The notes under the pieces are model-generated. The model worked only from the letters and a program-made list of their open reading frames with translations, ran no database searches and was not told the DNA's origin. From the NCBI RefSeq assembly GCF_009914755.1, contig NC_060932.1: a DNA stretch of 64,000 nucleotides; one strand, written 5' to 3'. Shown in pieces: positions 45,129 to 63,125 of this stretch. Position numbers and translations under genes: made by a program. The DNA comes from the human T2T-CHM13v2.0 reference genome, Homo sapiens. Every line of letters begins with the position of its first letter. Position 1 is the stretch's first letter.

Positions 45129-46244
45129 CCCCTTATACCCTGTGAACAAAGACATTTGTTCTGCTCAGCTGTCTCTGTACCTGCAGTGAAAGGGCACATC
45201 ACAGCCAGGGGCTATGGGAGGGTAAAGCTGCTGCACTGACTGGCATGTGTAGAACTCAACTTGGCAGAAGCGAAGTGAATATCTAGGAGTATTATTTTTA
45301 CATCTTCCAACCTTGCAATAATTTAATCTGTATACCAAGAGGCTATTCAGAATATCAAATATCAGTACATAAGAGATTCCAGAAAAAATCATATGTACCA
45401 CATAGGACTTTATTGCTATAATATTAGAGACACATTTTTTAATGTGACTTATGCCCAGAATTCAGTCTAAAATTGAAGCAAGTGGCAAATGTACACAAGT
45501 GTCATCTTATGATGATTATGATGATGACAATGACAATGCAGAAATAACACACATTCCAGAAATGATTCCCTTCCTGTTGTAGAAATAAGTGAGTAAGAAC
45601 AAATTCTAGAATGGGTGTGAGCTGACCAGGAGGTGTTGCGTTTTGTGTGTGAGATCCTGAAGTCATTTGTGATCATTTGAATATTGCTAACAAGGTAGGG
45701 AGCATCGATGACAAGAGTGAAGATGACTTGCTGGAGGGTGAGGTAATCACTCGGGAGAAGGCCGCTGCAGTCTTATATTTGACAATTAATTTTGCATTAA
45801 AATGGCCACATTACAGTCCCCAGGAGATGCTGCTGCCGCACAGAATTCACATTTACGGAACGTGGTAAATGACCAGCCAGCCCTGTGCTGCCTCTTTGCC
45901 TGTGTGTGTGTGCTGTGTTGGGAGCTGCCCAGGTGTGAGTTATCCATGCTTCATGTCATACCTTTTCCTCATGCAGGTGGTGATTTCTGTTAAAGCATTG
46001 ATACTCAACATCCTCTTTGCAGTTGGTAGTATAAAAGCAATTATTAACGACTGTAATCATAGATGATTCTGTTAGAGGCTGTAGCCAAAAAATTATTTAT
46101 CCCTAGGATCTATCCTATAAAAAATTTATTATCTAAAATGGTCATGAGTTTATTTCACAAGATCACCCAATACAAGATGAGCGAGGTATTTGTACAGGTT
46201 ATATGCATTTGAAGGTTGAAGAGCAGGGATTATTATACAGTGTA

Positions 46245-46626
46245 GTATTGCTTGGCTAGGGCAGCCATGACAAAGTACAACAGACTGGGGGAGTTAAACA
46301 GCAGAAATGTATTGTTTCACAGTTCTGGAGGCTGCAAGTCCAAGATCAAGGTGTTGGAGGATTGGTTCCCTCTAAGGCCTCTCTCCTTATGGAGATGGCC
46401 ATTTTGTCTCTGTCTTGTTAAATCATCTTCCCTTTGTGTGGGTCTCTATGTCCAAATATCCCCTTCTTATAAGGACACCAGTCATACTGCACTAGGGCCC
46501 ACCCTGGTCACCTAATTTTAACTTGACTGCACTGTAGAGACCTCATCTCCAAATACTGTCACATTTTCTGGTACTGGGGTTTAGAAGTTTAACATATGAA
46601 TTGGACTGGAGCACAATTCTGCTCAT
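46245..46626 (-). mobile_element. MLT1A/B-like LTR
   Basis: GCTAGGGC.GCCAT.ACAAAGTAC.ACAGACTG...CACAGTTCTGGAGGCT..AAGTCCAAGATCAAGGTG...CAAATAC.GTCACATT. Confidence 0.85.
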
Positions 46627-47094
46627 AAAAAAATGTGATTATAGATTATGAGCTTTAGAGAGTTAAAAAGGGAAGCCCTCAGCTCCTTCCTCAGCCCAGG
46701 AAGTCTTTATGATGAAGCTGGGATTTGGGGAACACTGTGTGTGACACAAACAGTCAAGGTATCAAGAGATTCTGAAGAATGCTTCCTTTATGTTCCTTAT
46801 TTTCATCTGTGTCTGCTGAATCTAAAGAAAAGCTCAGCACGTGGAATAATCAATACCCTTCCTATTGTGGGTGTCTTACCACCTGATCAACACTCATTAG
46901 GCATGTGAACACTTTGCCCCTTGAACCTCCATGATTTCACGAGGCTGGCATGCGCATCTCCACTGTGTCGCCTGGTCCGAGGGCCATATGTCATCCTGCG
47001 AGGCGGAATCACTGGTCTGCACGGTGACATTCTTGAAAACATGGCAAGTGCAGTAGTGTCCAGCATTCCTAATTCTTCTTGCCTTCCCACTTAG

Positions 47095-47622
<528 letters not shown>

Positions 47623-47659
47623 CCTTTATTAGTCTTGAATGCTTTTTTTTTCTTCTTTC

Positions 47660-48140
47660 TTTTTAAGCTGAGGTGAAAGTCACATAATGTAAAATTAGCC
47701 ATTTTAAAGTGGACAATTCAGTGGCATTTAGTACATGTACAATGTGTGCAACCACCACCTCTATCTAGTTTCAAAATTTTTTCATCACCCCAAAGGGGAT
47801 CCCATTCCAGAAGTGACCCAACAGTACCCCTCCACCCAGCCCCAGGCAACCACTATCTGCATTCTGTCTCTATGGAGCTACCTGTTCCGGATATTTCATA
47901 TATATAAAATCTTATGATAGGTGACATTTTGTGCCTGGCTTCTTTCATTTTGCATAATATTTTCAAGCTTCATCCACATTGTAGCTATATGAGTACTTCA
48001 TTCCTTTATAATTCAGTTGTAAAACAACTGAATTTTATACTACAAGTTACTTATGCATTTTTTCACCAATGGGCATTTGGGCAGTTTCCACCTTTTGGCT
48101 GTTGTGACCAGTGCTGCCATAGACATTGTGCATGTGTGTC
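47660..48140 (-). mobile_element. L1MB-type 3' end
   Basis: GAGGTGAAA.TCACATAA..TAAAATTA.CCATTTTAAAGTG.ACAATTCAGTGGCATTTAGTACA. Confidence 0.85.
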
Positions 48141-48814
48141 CATCTGAGGATTAAATAGCACTGGTCTGATTTTTCTAAATTGAAATAAAAACATTCCTTC
48201 AGTATTTTATTTTAAAATTGATTAACATTATACAAGCACATACTTTTTTTTAGAAGCCAGATAGTATTACAAGGCTTATAATAAGAAAGCAGCCCCCCCT
48301 CATTTTGTACCCACCTCGCAATTCCCTCCCCAGAGCTCTCAGCCCTGTTTCTTACCCACTCCTTCCTTGGCGCTGGGCATCCCTTGTCTGAAGCCAATAG
48401 CCCCTGAACTCAACCTCTATCTCCCGTGTGAGGAGGGGTGGAGGCTGAATCTCTGGCTGCGTGGTGTTTGGAGGAGACACAGAGGCAGCCCCACACCTTG
48501 GCTCACCTTCCCTCATGACTGCAACTCTGTTCACCGACATTTTGCTCTGCTAAGTCAAATATTTGTTGGCATTTCGTGTACACTGGTATCTCTTCTCCTA
48601 TTCTCTTTGCCCTGTGTATTTGTACATTTTATTGCCTTGATGGCATTTTTTGCAGTCTTGTGAAGGAGATAAATGCATGGTTCAATCCACCTTGTTTAAC
48701 TAGAAACCCAGTAAATTCCTTTTTAACAATAACTTAGTCTTCCTTTTAACTTGTTAAAATGCAACATGTTTGCTGAAGAAAAAAAAAATGAAGAAAGGAG
48801 AACATTTAAAAACT

Positions 48815-49230
48815 ACTCACCAAGTCTGGATTCTCCGCAAAGCCAACGCTGACATGATTTGGTTGCCAATACGTTTGCTGGGAGGTGATCCCAGGAAGCA
48901 TGGCGAAAGAAAGCAGAAATGAGATGGGAGAGGAAGAGAAAAAGCTCACGAAGGTGTTGGCACTGCTATAAACGTTACTGCTATGGGTCCCTGGTGCTCC
49001 TTCTCCTGGGGACCCTCTGAGACAGTGGGAAGGACACAGCCGCAAAGGGTACCTTCTGTCATCTGTGAGGGGTACTCCTGGGACATCAGCTCCTCAGCAG
49101 TCTGGTCTGCCCTGTACACTGGCCAGACTTTCACTTTCTGCCCTTGGGCAGAAAGACCAGGAAACTCCTACCCTGTAATAAGGTAACTTGAGGTGGTGAC
49201 ACGAGGGTGGGCCAGGGTACCAACAGCATC
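48815..49230. mobile_element. ERVL LTR fragment (LTR16/LTR33-like)
   Basis: TGGGAGGTGATCCCAGGAAGCA...CTGGGGACCCTCTGAGA; subfamily uncertain. Confidence 0.55.
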
Positions 49231-49419
49231 TGCTCAAAAGACTGAGAATCCCACCACCCACAGAAAATACTCAGCATCTTTCTGGATTTCTTTCTGGTTT
49301 CCTTCTATGATTATGTATACATGCCTTCTTTTACCAAAATGGGGTCACACTGAGGACACTGCCTTCTTCCCCACTTATGTTGCATAAAATCTTCCAATAT
49401 TGTTACATAGTTGTAATGA

Positions 49420-49620
49420 TTAGGAGTGTTCAAATACGGGCTCTACCACTTACTAGCAAGGAGTTGCACCCTCTCAGTGGCTTCCTCAGCTATAACATGC
49501 AAGTAATCATCGCCCTGCCTCATACAGATGTGTTGGGAGGCTGAAACACGTTGCTGCACGTCAAGTTCTTAGAAATCTGCTTGGCACATGCCAAGCACTG
49601 GACAGATGTTAGCTCACTGT
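49420..49620. mobile_element. MIR
   Basis: GTTCAAAT...GCTCTACCACTTACTAGC...CTCTCAG...TTCCTCA.CTATAA. Confidence 0.65.
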
Positions 49621-49793
49621 CATGCCACATAATTTTGATGGCTGCACAGTATTTCATTGTGAGCGTGTTCTATAATTTATTTAATCATACCTTCCTATTG
49701 ACTATTTAGATTTATAAATAATTTAGGCAAAACCATCAACACTCAGTTATTATCTTCAGAGATAAATCTTTGGACACATCAACAACTCTTTCA

Positions 49794-49883
<90 letters not shown>

Positions 49884-50683
49884 TTAAAAATAAAATAAAA
49901 TACAAAGATTTCTTTAGAAAACATTCTTAGAAACGGAATTACTGGCTCATAAAATATAGACATTGTTGAAGATTTTATATCTGTGTAATTTCCCTCCAGA
50001 AATGTGCCGATTTATACTCCAATCAGACCACGAGAATGTTCTGTTTCCTGAACTCTATTACCAATAGTGGAAATTTTTATTTGAAAAATATATTTTTGGC
50101 AACTTGATGAGCTCACGTTTTGTTTTAATATCATTTATTAAGCAGTTAATCCTTTCCTCAGTACATTTAAATGCTTTAATTTCAGGCCACTTTTTAATGC
50201 ATATTTGAACCTGTTTCTCAAGTTTTTATTGTGTCATAGATTCTGTATTTCTATGCTAGTGCCGCCACTTGAGACTCTCATGGTTCTCTTGGGATTTTAG
50301 AAAATTGAGGTAAATGTATGGTTTAATTCGGGGAAAATTGATATTGTTATAATAGCAAGTGTTCTCATCCAGGAACACGATATGCTTCCATGCAACAAGG
50401 ACTTTTAAAAGATATTTAGAGATAATGACATTTATTCCAGAAACATTCCTGTTTTAAGGATCTCTGTTTTCAAAATCTAAAATTTGTTTTGCTTCTACAT
50501 TTTCAAAATTTAGTTCATTTTAGGAAGGAAATTCCTGCCTGTTTTTATTTTTGTTTGACCAAATCTAAGATGTTCCATAATTTCTACTAACTCTCGTTTT
50601 CATCAGTTCTTATCTAATTTTATTTTCAACTACTTGCTTTCTATACATCTCTTAGTTTATTATCTTAAAAAATAGTCTTTCTT

Positions 50684-51232
<549 letters not shown>

Positions 51233-51789
51233 TCAATTCAATATAAATGAAAATTCTCAAATGCTAAGTAACTATAGCAAATTTGCCAGGTAAACATATC
51301 AAATCATATTAATGTGCTATTTGATAATGTAATATAATATTCTTTCATACATATCATCCAAATCATTGAGAAATAATGACTGTTAGGATCCTTGGTTGTG
51401 GCTCAATAAGCAACTTTTCCACATTGAAACCCTGCCCAGCAAGCTGGCCCTTATTGACTTACTTTAACCTTTTCTGTTCTCAAGATAAATTGTCCTTGAT
51501 TGGCTCCATGGTCTGTTCTTTCTGCTCGTGGATGCTGTGAGAATGTGTTCTTTCTGCAGGCCACCTGCATACCACACTTCAGAAAGAAGGCTTTCAGCCC
51601 TTCTTTCTTCTGCCTGTGTTGGTGCTTCTGACCTTCTCAGTCCCCCTGGACCTGACTCCCTGCTCCTCTCCAGGCTGCTTGCTGGGTACCTGGGATATGC
51701 ACTGCAGCACCATGGGAAACCTCAGGAAACTAGAAAGAGCATGAACTTATCAATAAGGGAATTTTAAAGTAAAATTTCAATCGATTCTG

Positions 51790-51950
51790 CAGCTAACTAG
51801 CATGTGATTTTGAGCAAGTTACTTAAACTTTTCATACCTCAGTTTTCTTAATCAAATGAATACCTGTTCTATGGGATGGTTATAATGATTAAATGGGCTA
51901 ATACTTATAAAGCACTACAAGAATGCCTTATCCACCAAGCAACATATATG
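51790..51950. mobile_element. MIR
   Basis: ACTAGC.TGTGATTTTGAGCAAGTTACTTAA.CTT....CCTCAGTTTTCT. Confidence 0.7.
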
Positions 51951-51999
51951 TGTTGGTTAAAAAGAAAGGAAACAAAACGGAGAGAAATCTAATGATGTT

Positions 52000-52332
52000 C
52001 TGTTCAGTTCTGGCTATTATAACAAAAATATATCTTCAACAACAAACATTTATTTCTCACAATTCTGCAAGCCGAGAAGTCCAAAATCAAGGTATTGGCA
52101 TATCTGGCGTCTGGAGACAGCTTCGTTTTCACTGTACCTTCAGATGGCCAAGAACTCAAGCTGTAGCTTCTTTGTTTTCTTAAAAGGACGTTAATCCCAT
52201 CATGGGAGCTCCACCCTCATGACTCCATCCAAACCTAATTTCTCAAAGACCCCATCCCCTAATACCATCTCACTTCAGTGTAGGGTTTCAACATATGAAT
52301 TTGGGGGTGGGGCACAAACATTCAGTCCATGC
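52000..52332 (-). mobile_element. MLT1A/MST-like LTR
   Basis: GGCTATTATAACAAAA...ATTTATTTCTCACA...AAGTCCAA.ATCAAGG...CCACCCTCATGAC...TTCAACATATGAATTTGGGG...AAACATTCAGTCCAT. Confidence 0.8.
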
Positions 52333-52377
52333 CACATGGAATACTAAAGGATGGTTTAAAAATCAGGGTTCTCCAAA

Positions 52378-53040
<663 letters not shown>

Positions 53041-53300
53041 CAGAGTTCTCTATATATGACATATTGTTAAGTAAAACAATTTATATATAAATCTATTAAG
53101 TTCAAAAAGCATGATGCAGGATAATAGATTTTTATGAACATAGTTACACACATACACACGTGTGTATACATGTATGTATGTATCACATATGCAGAAAAAA
53201 CTTTATAGGGGAATACATCCCAAATTTTGACTAGAGTAGCTGATTTCCGAAGACAGAATTTTTACATTTTAATTCTATACACTTCTGTACTGTTCAAATC

Positions 53301-53612
53301 TTTTTTTTTAATTTCTTATTTTTTAAGAGACAGTGTCTCCCTCTGTCACCCAGGCTAGAGTGCAGTGGCACGATCATAACTCACTGTAACCTCAACTCCT
53401 AGGCTCAGGCAATCCTCGCACCTTCGCCTCCTGAGTAGCTGGGACTATGGGCATGCACCACCACACGCACCTAATTTTTTATTTTTTATTTTTATACAGA
53501 TGAGGTCTCACAATGTTGCCCAGTCTGGTCTCCAACTCCTGATGTTAAGTGATGCTTCCACCTTAGCCTCCCAGCGCGCTGGGATCACAGACATGATCCA
53601 CTGCACCTGGCC
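53301..53612 (-). mobile_element. Alu (AluJ-like)
   Basis: Reverse dimer. Confidence 0.9.
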
Positions 53613-54145
53613 CTGTTTGAAATTTTATAAGGACATTACATTAATATATTGCTTGTATTATATGAATTATTGTATATTATTTATAAAAATTATTTTAAAA
53701 GAAAAATAAGTGAAGAGCATGAACAAATTTCAGAAGAAATTCAAATGGTTTCCAAGCATATGAAAAGATGTTCAAGATCAGTAAACTATAACTTGAAATA
53801 ATGAGATACCAATTTTTGCCTTTGAAGGTGGCAAAAAATACCATCCAGCATGTAGAGATTTACTTATGTTGCTGGAATTTACAGAGAACCATTTAAGTCT
53901 GTGAGGGTGTGTGTGCATGTGTGTGTGTGTATATGAAATGAGCCAATGATCCCAATTCTATACTTCTGCCTCATCTTACAGAAATTTGAGCACAAATGCA
54001 TAAAGATGTGTGTATAGAATGTTTACTTAAGCATGATTTGGAATAACAAAATTACTTATATTTCTATCATAGGGTAATGGACTGTGGAATATTATGCAAT
54101 CATTAAAAGACTTAATTTTTTATGCACTCAGCTGGAAAGTTCATA

Positions 54146-54570
54146 CAGACAGTTCCCAACTTACAATAGTTTGACCTAATGATTTTTTTACTGTGCGATG
54201 GTGTCAAAAGCAACATGCATTTAGTAGAAACCATACTTCAAGTACCCAGGCCATCATTCTGTTTTTTATTTTCAATATAGAATTCAGTAAATTACATGAG
54301 ACATTCAACACTTTATTATAAAATAGGCTGTGTTTGATAATTTTGCTCAACTGTAGGCTGATGTAAGTGTTCTGAGCACATTTAAGGTAGGGTAGGCTAA
54401 GCTATGATGCTTGGTAGGCTTAGGCGTATTACGTGAATTTTTAACTTATGATATTTTCAACTTATAATGACTTTTTTATTTTATTTTATTTTTTGAGGTC
54501 CTAACAATTATTGGGTGGCTTATGATGAGTTTATCAGGACACAATTCCATCATAAATTAAAAAGCATCTG
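54146..54570. mobile_element. MER47-like (Tigger5) MITE
   Basis: TA-CAGA...CAACTTAC.AT start, internal GTAAGTGTTCTGAGCAC.TTTAAGGTAGG.TAGGCTAAGCTATGATG, and GCATCTG-TA end. Confidence 0.8.
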
Positions 54571-54799
54571 TACTGTATTTAAAGAAAAACAATTTTGCAG
54601 AACAATATTTATGGTAGAATCCCATTTTTGTAAAAACAATAACACAAATGAAACTACTGGTGAACTGAGAAAAAAAATAACAAAAAACCCCTTAACTTCG
54701 CTTTTGAAGCACAGAAAAGTGATGTCTGCAAGTTTACACATTGTATTGAGTGGTGACCAGGGCAAGAGGGGTGGGGGTGAGGAAGAAGGAGAAATTATA

Positions 54800-55101
54800 T
54801 TTTTGTTTGTTTGTTTTTGAGACAAAGTCAGTCTCTGTCGCCCGGGCTGGAGTGCAGTGGAGCAGTCTAGGCTCAGCACAACCTCCACCTCCCGGGCTCA
54901 AGTGATTCTCCCACCTCAGCCTCCTGAGTAGATGGGACTGCAGGTGCACGCCACCATGTCTGGCTAATTTTTGTAATTTTTGTAGAGATGGGGTTTTACC
55001 ACATTGCCCAGGCTGGTCTCAAACTCCTAGCCTCAAAGTGATCTGCCTGCCTCAGCCTCCCAAAGTGCTGGGATTACAGGCGTGAACCACCATGCCCGGC
55101 C
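54800..55101 (-). mobile_element. Alu
   Basis: Reverse dimer. Confidence 0.92.
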
Positions 55102-55251
55102 AGAAGTGATAATATTTACATTAGTCAGGTCTGCATTGCTTGTATTTGTTTCTGTGTGCTTTTATTGCCATTGAAATTTAAAAGTTCTGAAGTTTTGCTT
55201 TTTTTAAAGTCAACATTTTCATGAGCAAACCCACATGCAACTATATTTTCA

Positions 55252-55595
<344 letters not shown>

Positions 55596-55879
55596 CTAGA
55601 GGCATATGGGCAATCTCTGTACTTTATGCTCAATTTTGCTATGAAACTAAAATTTCTCTCAAAAATAAAGTCTATTTTTAAAAAACCAAATGCCCCAAAT
55701 GTTGTTTTGGACATTAAAGCGTTTAGCTTTGTGGCAAATTCCTAAACTGGCAAACTCATGTCAAAAAAGAAATTGCATGCAACATATTGTTTTAAAATAA
55801 AATGTTATGCTACATTTTTCTGCATTAAACACTTTACATAAAAGGGAAGAGTTTGTTTGAAAAATCAAGCATAAAGGTT

Positions 55880-56850
<971 letters not shown>

Positions 56851-56871
56851 AAACAAAACAAAAGTAATCTA

Positions 56872-57168
56872 GGCCAGGCGCAGTGGCTCACGCCTGTAAT
56901 CTTAACACTTTGGGAGGCTAAGGCGAGTGGATCACTTGAGGTCAGGAGTTCAAAACCAGCCTAGCCAACGTGGTGAAACCCCATCTCTACTAAAAATACA
57001 AAAATTAGCTGGCCGTGGTGACACATGTCTGTAATCCTAGCTACTTAGGAGGCTGAGGCAAGAGAGTTGCTTGAACCCAGGAAGTGGAGGTTGCAGTGAA
57101 CTGAGATGGTGCCACTGCACTCCAGCCTGGGCAACAGAGCAAGACTCCAAATCAAAAAAGAAAAAAAA
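56872..57168 (+). mobile_element. Alu (AluS-like)
   Basis: Dimer; TSD AAAAGTAATC. Confidence 0.92.
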
Positions 57169-57604
57169 GTAATCATTCAAAAAATAATCAAAAGAATACT
57201 CTATTCGTTTGTTTAAAGGCATAAAGTCTGTGGTTCACCCTACGCAACAGATCTCCAGATGGGAGAGCCATGGGCAGAGCTGTAACTCAGTGCAGTTCAA
57301 CTGCCGCTTCGAATCAGAGGCAAGGCCAGATGCTCGAAAGATCAACAGAGAAGCAGGCAAAAGGCAGGCAGATTCAGCTGCTTTCTTTGCATAAATAGAA
57401 ACCCCCTCATCAAAAAAATAAAAATGACTGTCCTTTCAGTGCTTCAATATTCCCTCCTCACCTTGCATTCATACTCAAGCAAAGAGCAAACCTTATTGTC
57501 AGACTCTGTTTCCTGAGTCCAGTTCAGACCCACACAAGAAGGCCTTTGACTAGTCCTACTGGCCCTGTCTGACCAGTCTTGGACAAGGCAGGTGGGCAAT
57601 TTCT

Positions 57605-58196
<592 letters not shown>

Positions 58197-58695
58197 TGCA
58201 GGTGGTCAATTTCTCAACGTGTGCTCATTTTTGTATCTAAGTGCCTGGAATAAAGCCAGCTCACTCTTGGCCCACATAGATGTTCTCTTTCTTGGCTTCT
58301 GGTGGGGTTCCCCATTTGCTCACATGTGCCTCCACGAGGGGTCTCAGTTTCTGATCCAACTCCCACAAGAACGTCAACTCCAAGAAGGCAGGCTATCGGA
58401 TTTTCACTGCTTTGTTCTCTGGTGTATTTCCTGCACCTGAAATCACACCTCATTCATAGGGGTATAAAAAAAATCATTGGTAAATGAATAAGTGAATGAA
58501 TAAAGAAAGGAAAAATATATAAGCATAGTTTTCCCAACTGTTCTTTTTGTGGAAAAAACTCTTTTTCTCTAAGATTATGTTTTTCCAAGTTGTTTATATT
58601 AAAATGGCTTTTTTTTTTTCTAGTATAATAATAGAGGTTGCCTCTGTGCAAGGGACATTTAATTTCCACCATCATCCTTTGTACCTTAGTGAAGC

Positions 58696-58940
58696 GAAAC
58701 TATTCTGTATGAAACTGTAGTGGTCGATACATGCCATTTTGCAGGTATCAAAACCCATAGAATGTACACAAAGAATGATACCTTATGCAAATTCCTAACT
58801 TTAGTTAGTAATAATGTATCCATAGGCATTCACCAATTGTAACAAATTATCACACTAACACAAGATATTAATAATAGGTGGGTAAGGGGGTACATGGAAA
58901 CTTTTCTATAAACCTAAAGCTGCTAAAAAAAAAACATAGC
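58696..58940 (+). mobile_element. L1MB 3' end fragment (local duplicate of 56318-56840)
   Basis: GAAACTATTCTGT...CAAAACCCATA...GTTAGTAATAATGTATC...TATAAACCTA. Confidence 0.8.
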
Positions 58941-58952
58941 TTGTTAATTTAA

Positions 58953-59284
<332 letters not shown>

Positions 59285-59994
59285 TAATAGACTTCTGAAT
59301 ACTAACCTACTTAAAAATAAATTAATACAAATTAAAAATAAAATAACAATAAAAGTCTTTTATGATGGCACTTCAAAAAATTCTCCATAATTGGCATAAT
59401 AAAAATTTTAAATGTGCAATTCTATATTAATCTCCTAAATTTATGTAATTTGCTTAAAAAAGAACTATGCCAAATTCTCAAACCCCAAAGCACTGAACAT
59501 AGCACCTTGCATGTATTTGGCACTCAAATATTTGATAAGTGAATGAACCATCCTAGTTCATACGGCTTGGGGTTAGTGTGCGGACTTCACAACAATAAAA
59601 GTGTTCGTGACACTGTTGAGGTCCTTTGTCACCTGTCACTGTACTCACAGCAAACTCCTAATTGCTTTCCCTGGGACTGGGCTCCTCCAGCTTGGATCCA
59701 TTATTCTCACACTTCCCCCAATTGTTCGTCTACGTGCACACTTGGGGTGCACTCCGGGCAGGGCGTGCGTGTGGGCTGCAGAGCGTTGGGGAGACCTCAC
59801 CAGTATCCTGATGCCATGGGGTGGGTTGCAAGTGAGGCTGTCTCCCTGCATCAGAGTCACTTGGGGCTTGTTACAAACACAGCCTTCAGGACGCAGAGTC
59901 CGAAGGGAGTCGCCTAAAGTCTGGTTATAAAGTCGCTCCAAGAGACATTCCCAAGCTTCTGTGTCCCTCTCTGTTCTGTGCCCTCTTCCCCTGT

Positions 59995-60200
59995 AGCTGC
60001 AAGCCAAAGAATGCCAATTGCAGGAAACCTGGAAGCTAGGCTGGGCCAGGAAGGTTTCTACCCAGCAGCTCAGAAGGAGCATAGCCCTGCCTGTAGCTGG
60101 ATTTCCCACTCTTGTCTAGAACTGTGAGAGAATACAGTTCCGTTGCTTCACGCCACCCAGTCCCTGGTACTTTCACAGCAGCCTTAAGAAACAAACACAT
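59995..60200 (+). mobile_element. MLT1-type LTR 3' part
   Basis: GCAAGCCAAAGAATGCCA...GGAAGCTAG...AGAAGGAGCATAGCCCTGCC...CTAGAACTGTGAGAGAATA...CAGCAGCC.TA.GAAAC. Confidence 0.8.
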
Positions 60201-60302
60201 TTTAAATGTAATGCTTACACACTGAATGACAATCCTCCACCACTGTTTGTTTTTTTGGTTTTACCTTGGTGATGATATAATTTGAATTTGAACCACAGGA
60301 TG

Positions 60303-60958
<656 letters not shown>

Positions 60959-62976
60959 AGAACCGCAGTATTGATGGAGCTCCGTGAGGTGCATACTCCT
61001 TCTCATTCTACTGAATCCTTCCACTTTCTGGAAACCTGCAAAATGGCGTACAGAATACACAACGGGGTTCCCACTGTGAGAGCTATGGGGGGTTCTGGTT
61101 GGCCTCAGTTTGGGGTGTGCTCTCAGCCCGGCTTCTCCTGTGGTGGGGTGCATGTGAGTCCCCTGAAGATGTCTTTAGACTCTGGGTCAGACGATCCAGG
61201 TACAGCCATGAGGATGCTGCTGGCGTTCAAACCACACTTGTGACAAGGCTTTCTGTTCACAACCCATCCAGGTCCAGGGAAAACTGGGCTCATTTAGAAG
61301 AGTGCAAGGGACAGATTTAGGGAAAGGACGAAAGTTTCCCAAACATGGTGTGAATCCTGCTGGCTCTGGGATACATGCTGTAACAGCAACACAGAGGACC
61401 ACATTTCACCAGAATTATTGCTTTTATTGCCAAGGTCTTAGGTCTTTTGGACTCCAAGTTACTGATGAAAAAACAGTTAAAATGCCTTGCATGAAATCAA
61501 AGAGATTTTGTTATCAGCTCCCCAGTTACCTGCTTGGCAGTTGCCTCTTATCTCTCTCTGGGATTTTAAAGCTCTTCCTAAGTCCAGATGCCCTGAACAC
61601 TTAAAGATGCTCTAATAATAATAATAATGTTAAATTAATTAATAATTGTAAAGGAAGTCCAATTATTTTCATTCAAACATCTAATTATTAAAGCAAAGAA
61701 ATTTATTGTTGGGACACATTAATCACTGTATTAGGGGTGATGGTGGGGTGGGATGAAATATAAGTAGGTGTTGCTTTTTTATGTTAATATTTGACAATGT
61801 GAGGAATGATTTCAGCAGATTAAGAGCAGCATTAATGATACATCAGAAGCATCAGCTCTCATTCGTCCTAGGCTACAGCATTACAAGCAACCATAACCAT
61901 CCACTTAACATCACTAGAGAGAAGCGCTAGACATTGAGATGGCCACACTGTACCAGGAGTGCCTTCAACATGGTCCTGTGACTGCCTCTGGGCTGACAAC
62001 TCCTCCCGCTGCACGAGTCATCGATAGCATTTCTTCACTGGGCTTTATTACTGTGAAGAAAACCTTTTTATTTCTTTCATGTGATTTGACACTAGGAATT
62101 ATTAAAAAGAACTTAAAACCAAAGCCATGACAAAAAATAAAAAACACCAATATGCTGTGAATGTATCATTTTTATTCCTGGGACTGGTTTTATTATTTTT
62201 GGAACTATTACAAGACTTCTGTTAAACATGTTGAATGTTAAGAGGAAACAGACTCTCAGCAAATGTTGAAAACCAATTACAGAAACGTCCCTGCTAGAAC
62301 TAGAGAAACACAGGAGGGACCGAGAAGAAGTTTGCCCTCCCCCTTCTCCCACTGCCCAAAACACACAGATGGTGGAATTCCCGTGAAGAAAAATACGATG
62401 ATTACATTGTGGTCCTTATTCTTCTGTTCACAAGCAAAAAAACACTAAAACGATACTTCTGAGTCAAACCTATTTATAATGAGTTCAACATAGGATTATT
62501 TAAGGCAAATCTGATACAGGAAAAACTCATATAACTTACAGAATGATTCTTTACTATACACAAAAAAAGCTTCACCACTAATCAAGAAATCAAATTACAT
62601 TACATTTAAAAACACCTAAATTTCAAATATTAATTTATGGAACTTTCAGGAGCACATCGCTGTAAACAGTACTGTAAAAGCATGCTATCATGTACACATT
62701 GATTAAAGTACATAATTTTATCTACATGAATACTGACAAGATTGAAATTTTTTAAAATTCAATTTTGAAACCCTAGAAAGCTGATTTAGGAAAAGAATCA
62801 ACAGAAGAAAGAAACTTATTTTCAGTTATTATTCAGCTATTACTTTCCCATGTGCTACCATAAGTGAGGCTTTGTGCTAAGCACCAAAAAGGTACAGATG
62901 AGTAAGACACCCTCTTTGACCTCAAGGAACTTCCAGTTTTGGAAACGCAAGGCAGTAGTTAAAATTCAATATGGTA

Positions 62977-63125
62977 GCCAGGCATTTGCAGTCCCAGCTA
63001 CTGGGGAGGCTTAAGTGAGAGGATCACTTGAGCCCAAGAGTTTGAGGTTGCCGTGAGCTATGATTGTGCCACTGCACTCCTGCATCAGTGACAAAGCAAG
63101 ACACCATCTCTTAAAAAATAAAAAT
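62977..63125 (+). mobile_element. Alu monomer (FAM/FRAM-like) within L2-like sequence (~62830-63370)
   Basis: CAGTCCCAGCTACT.GGGAGGCT...GGATCACTTGAGCCC...GTGAGCTATGAT. The flanks carry L2 motifs (GACCTCAAGGAACT, GAACAGCATATGCAAGG). Confidence 0.75.

Noticed and set aside
59543-60109. Overlapping ORFs of 109-154 aa
   Set aside because: No recognisable domain or splice context, and they run into an MLT1 LTR. Higher GC content explains the scarcity of stops.
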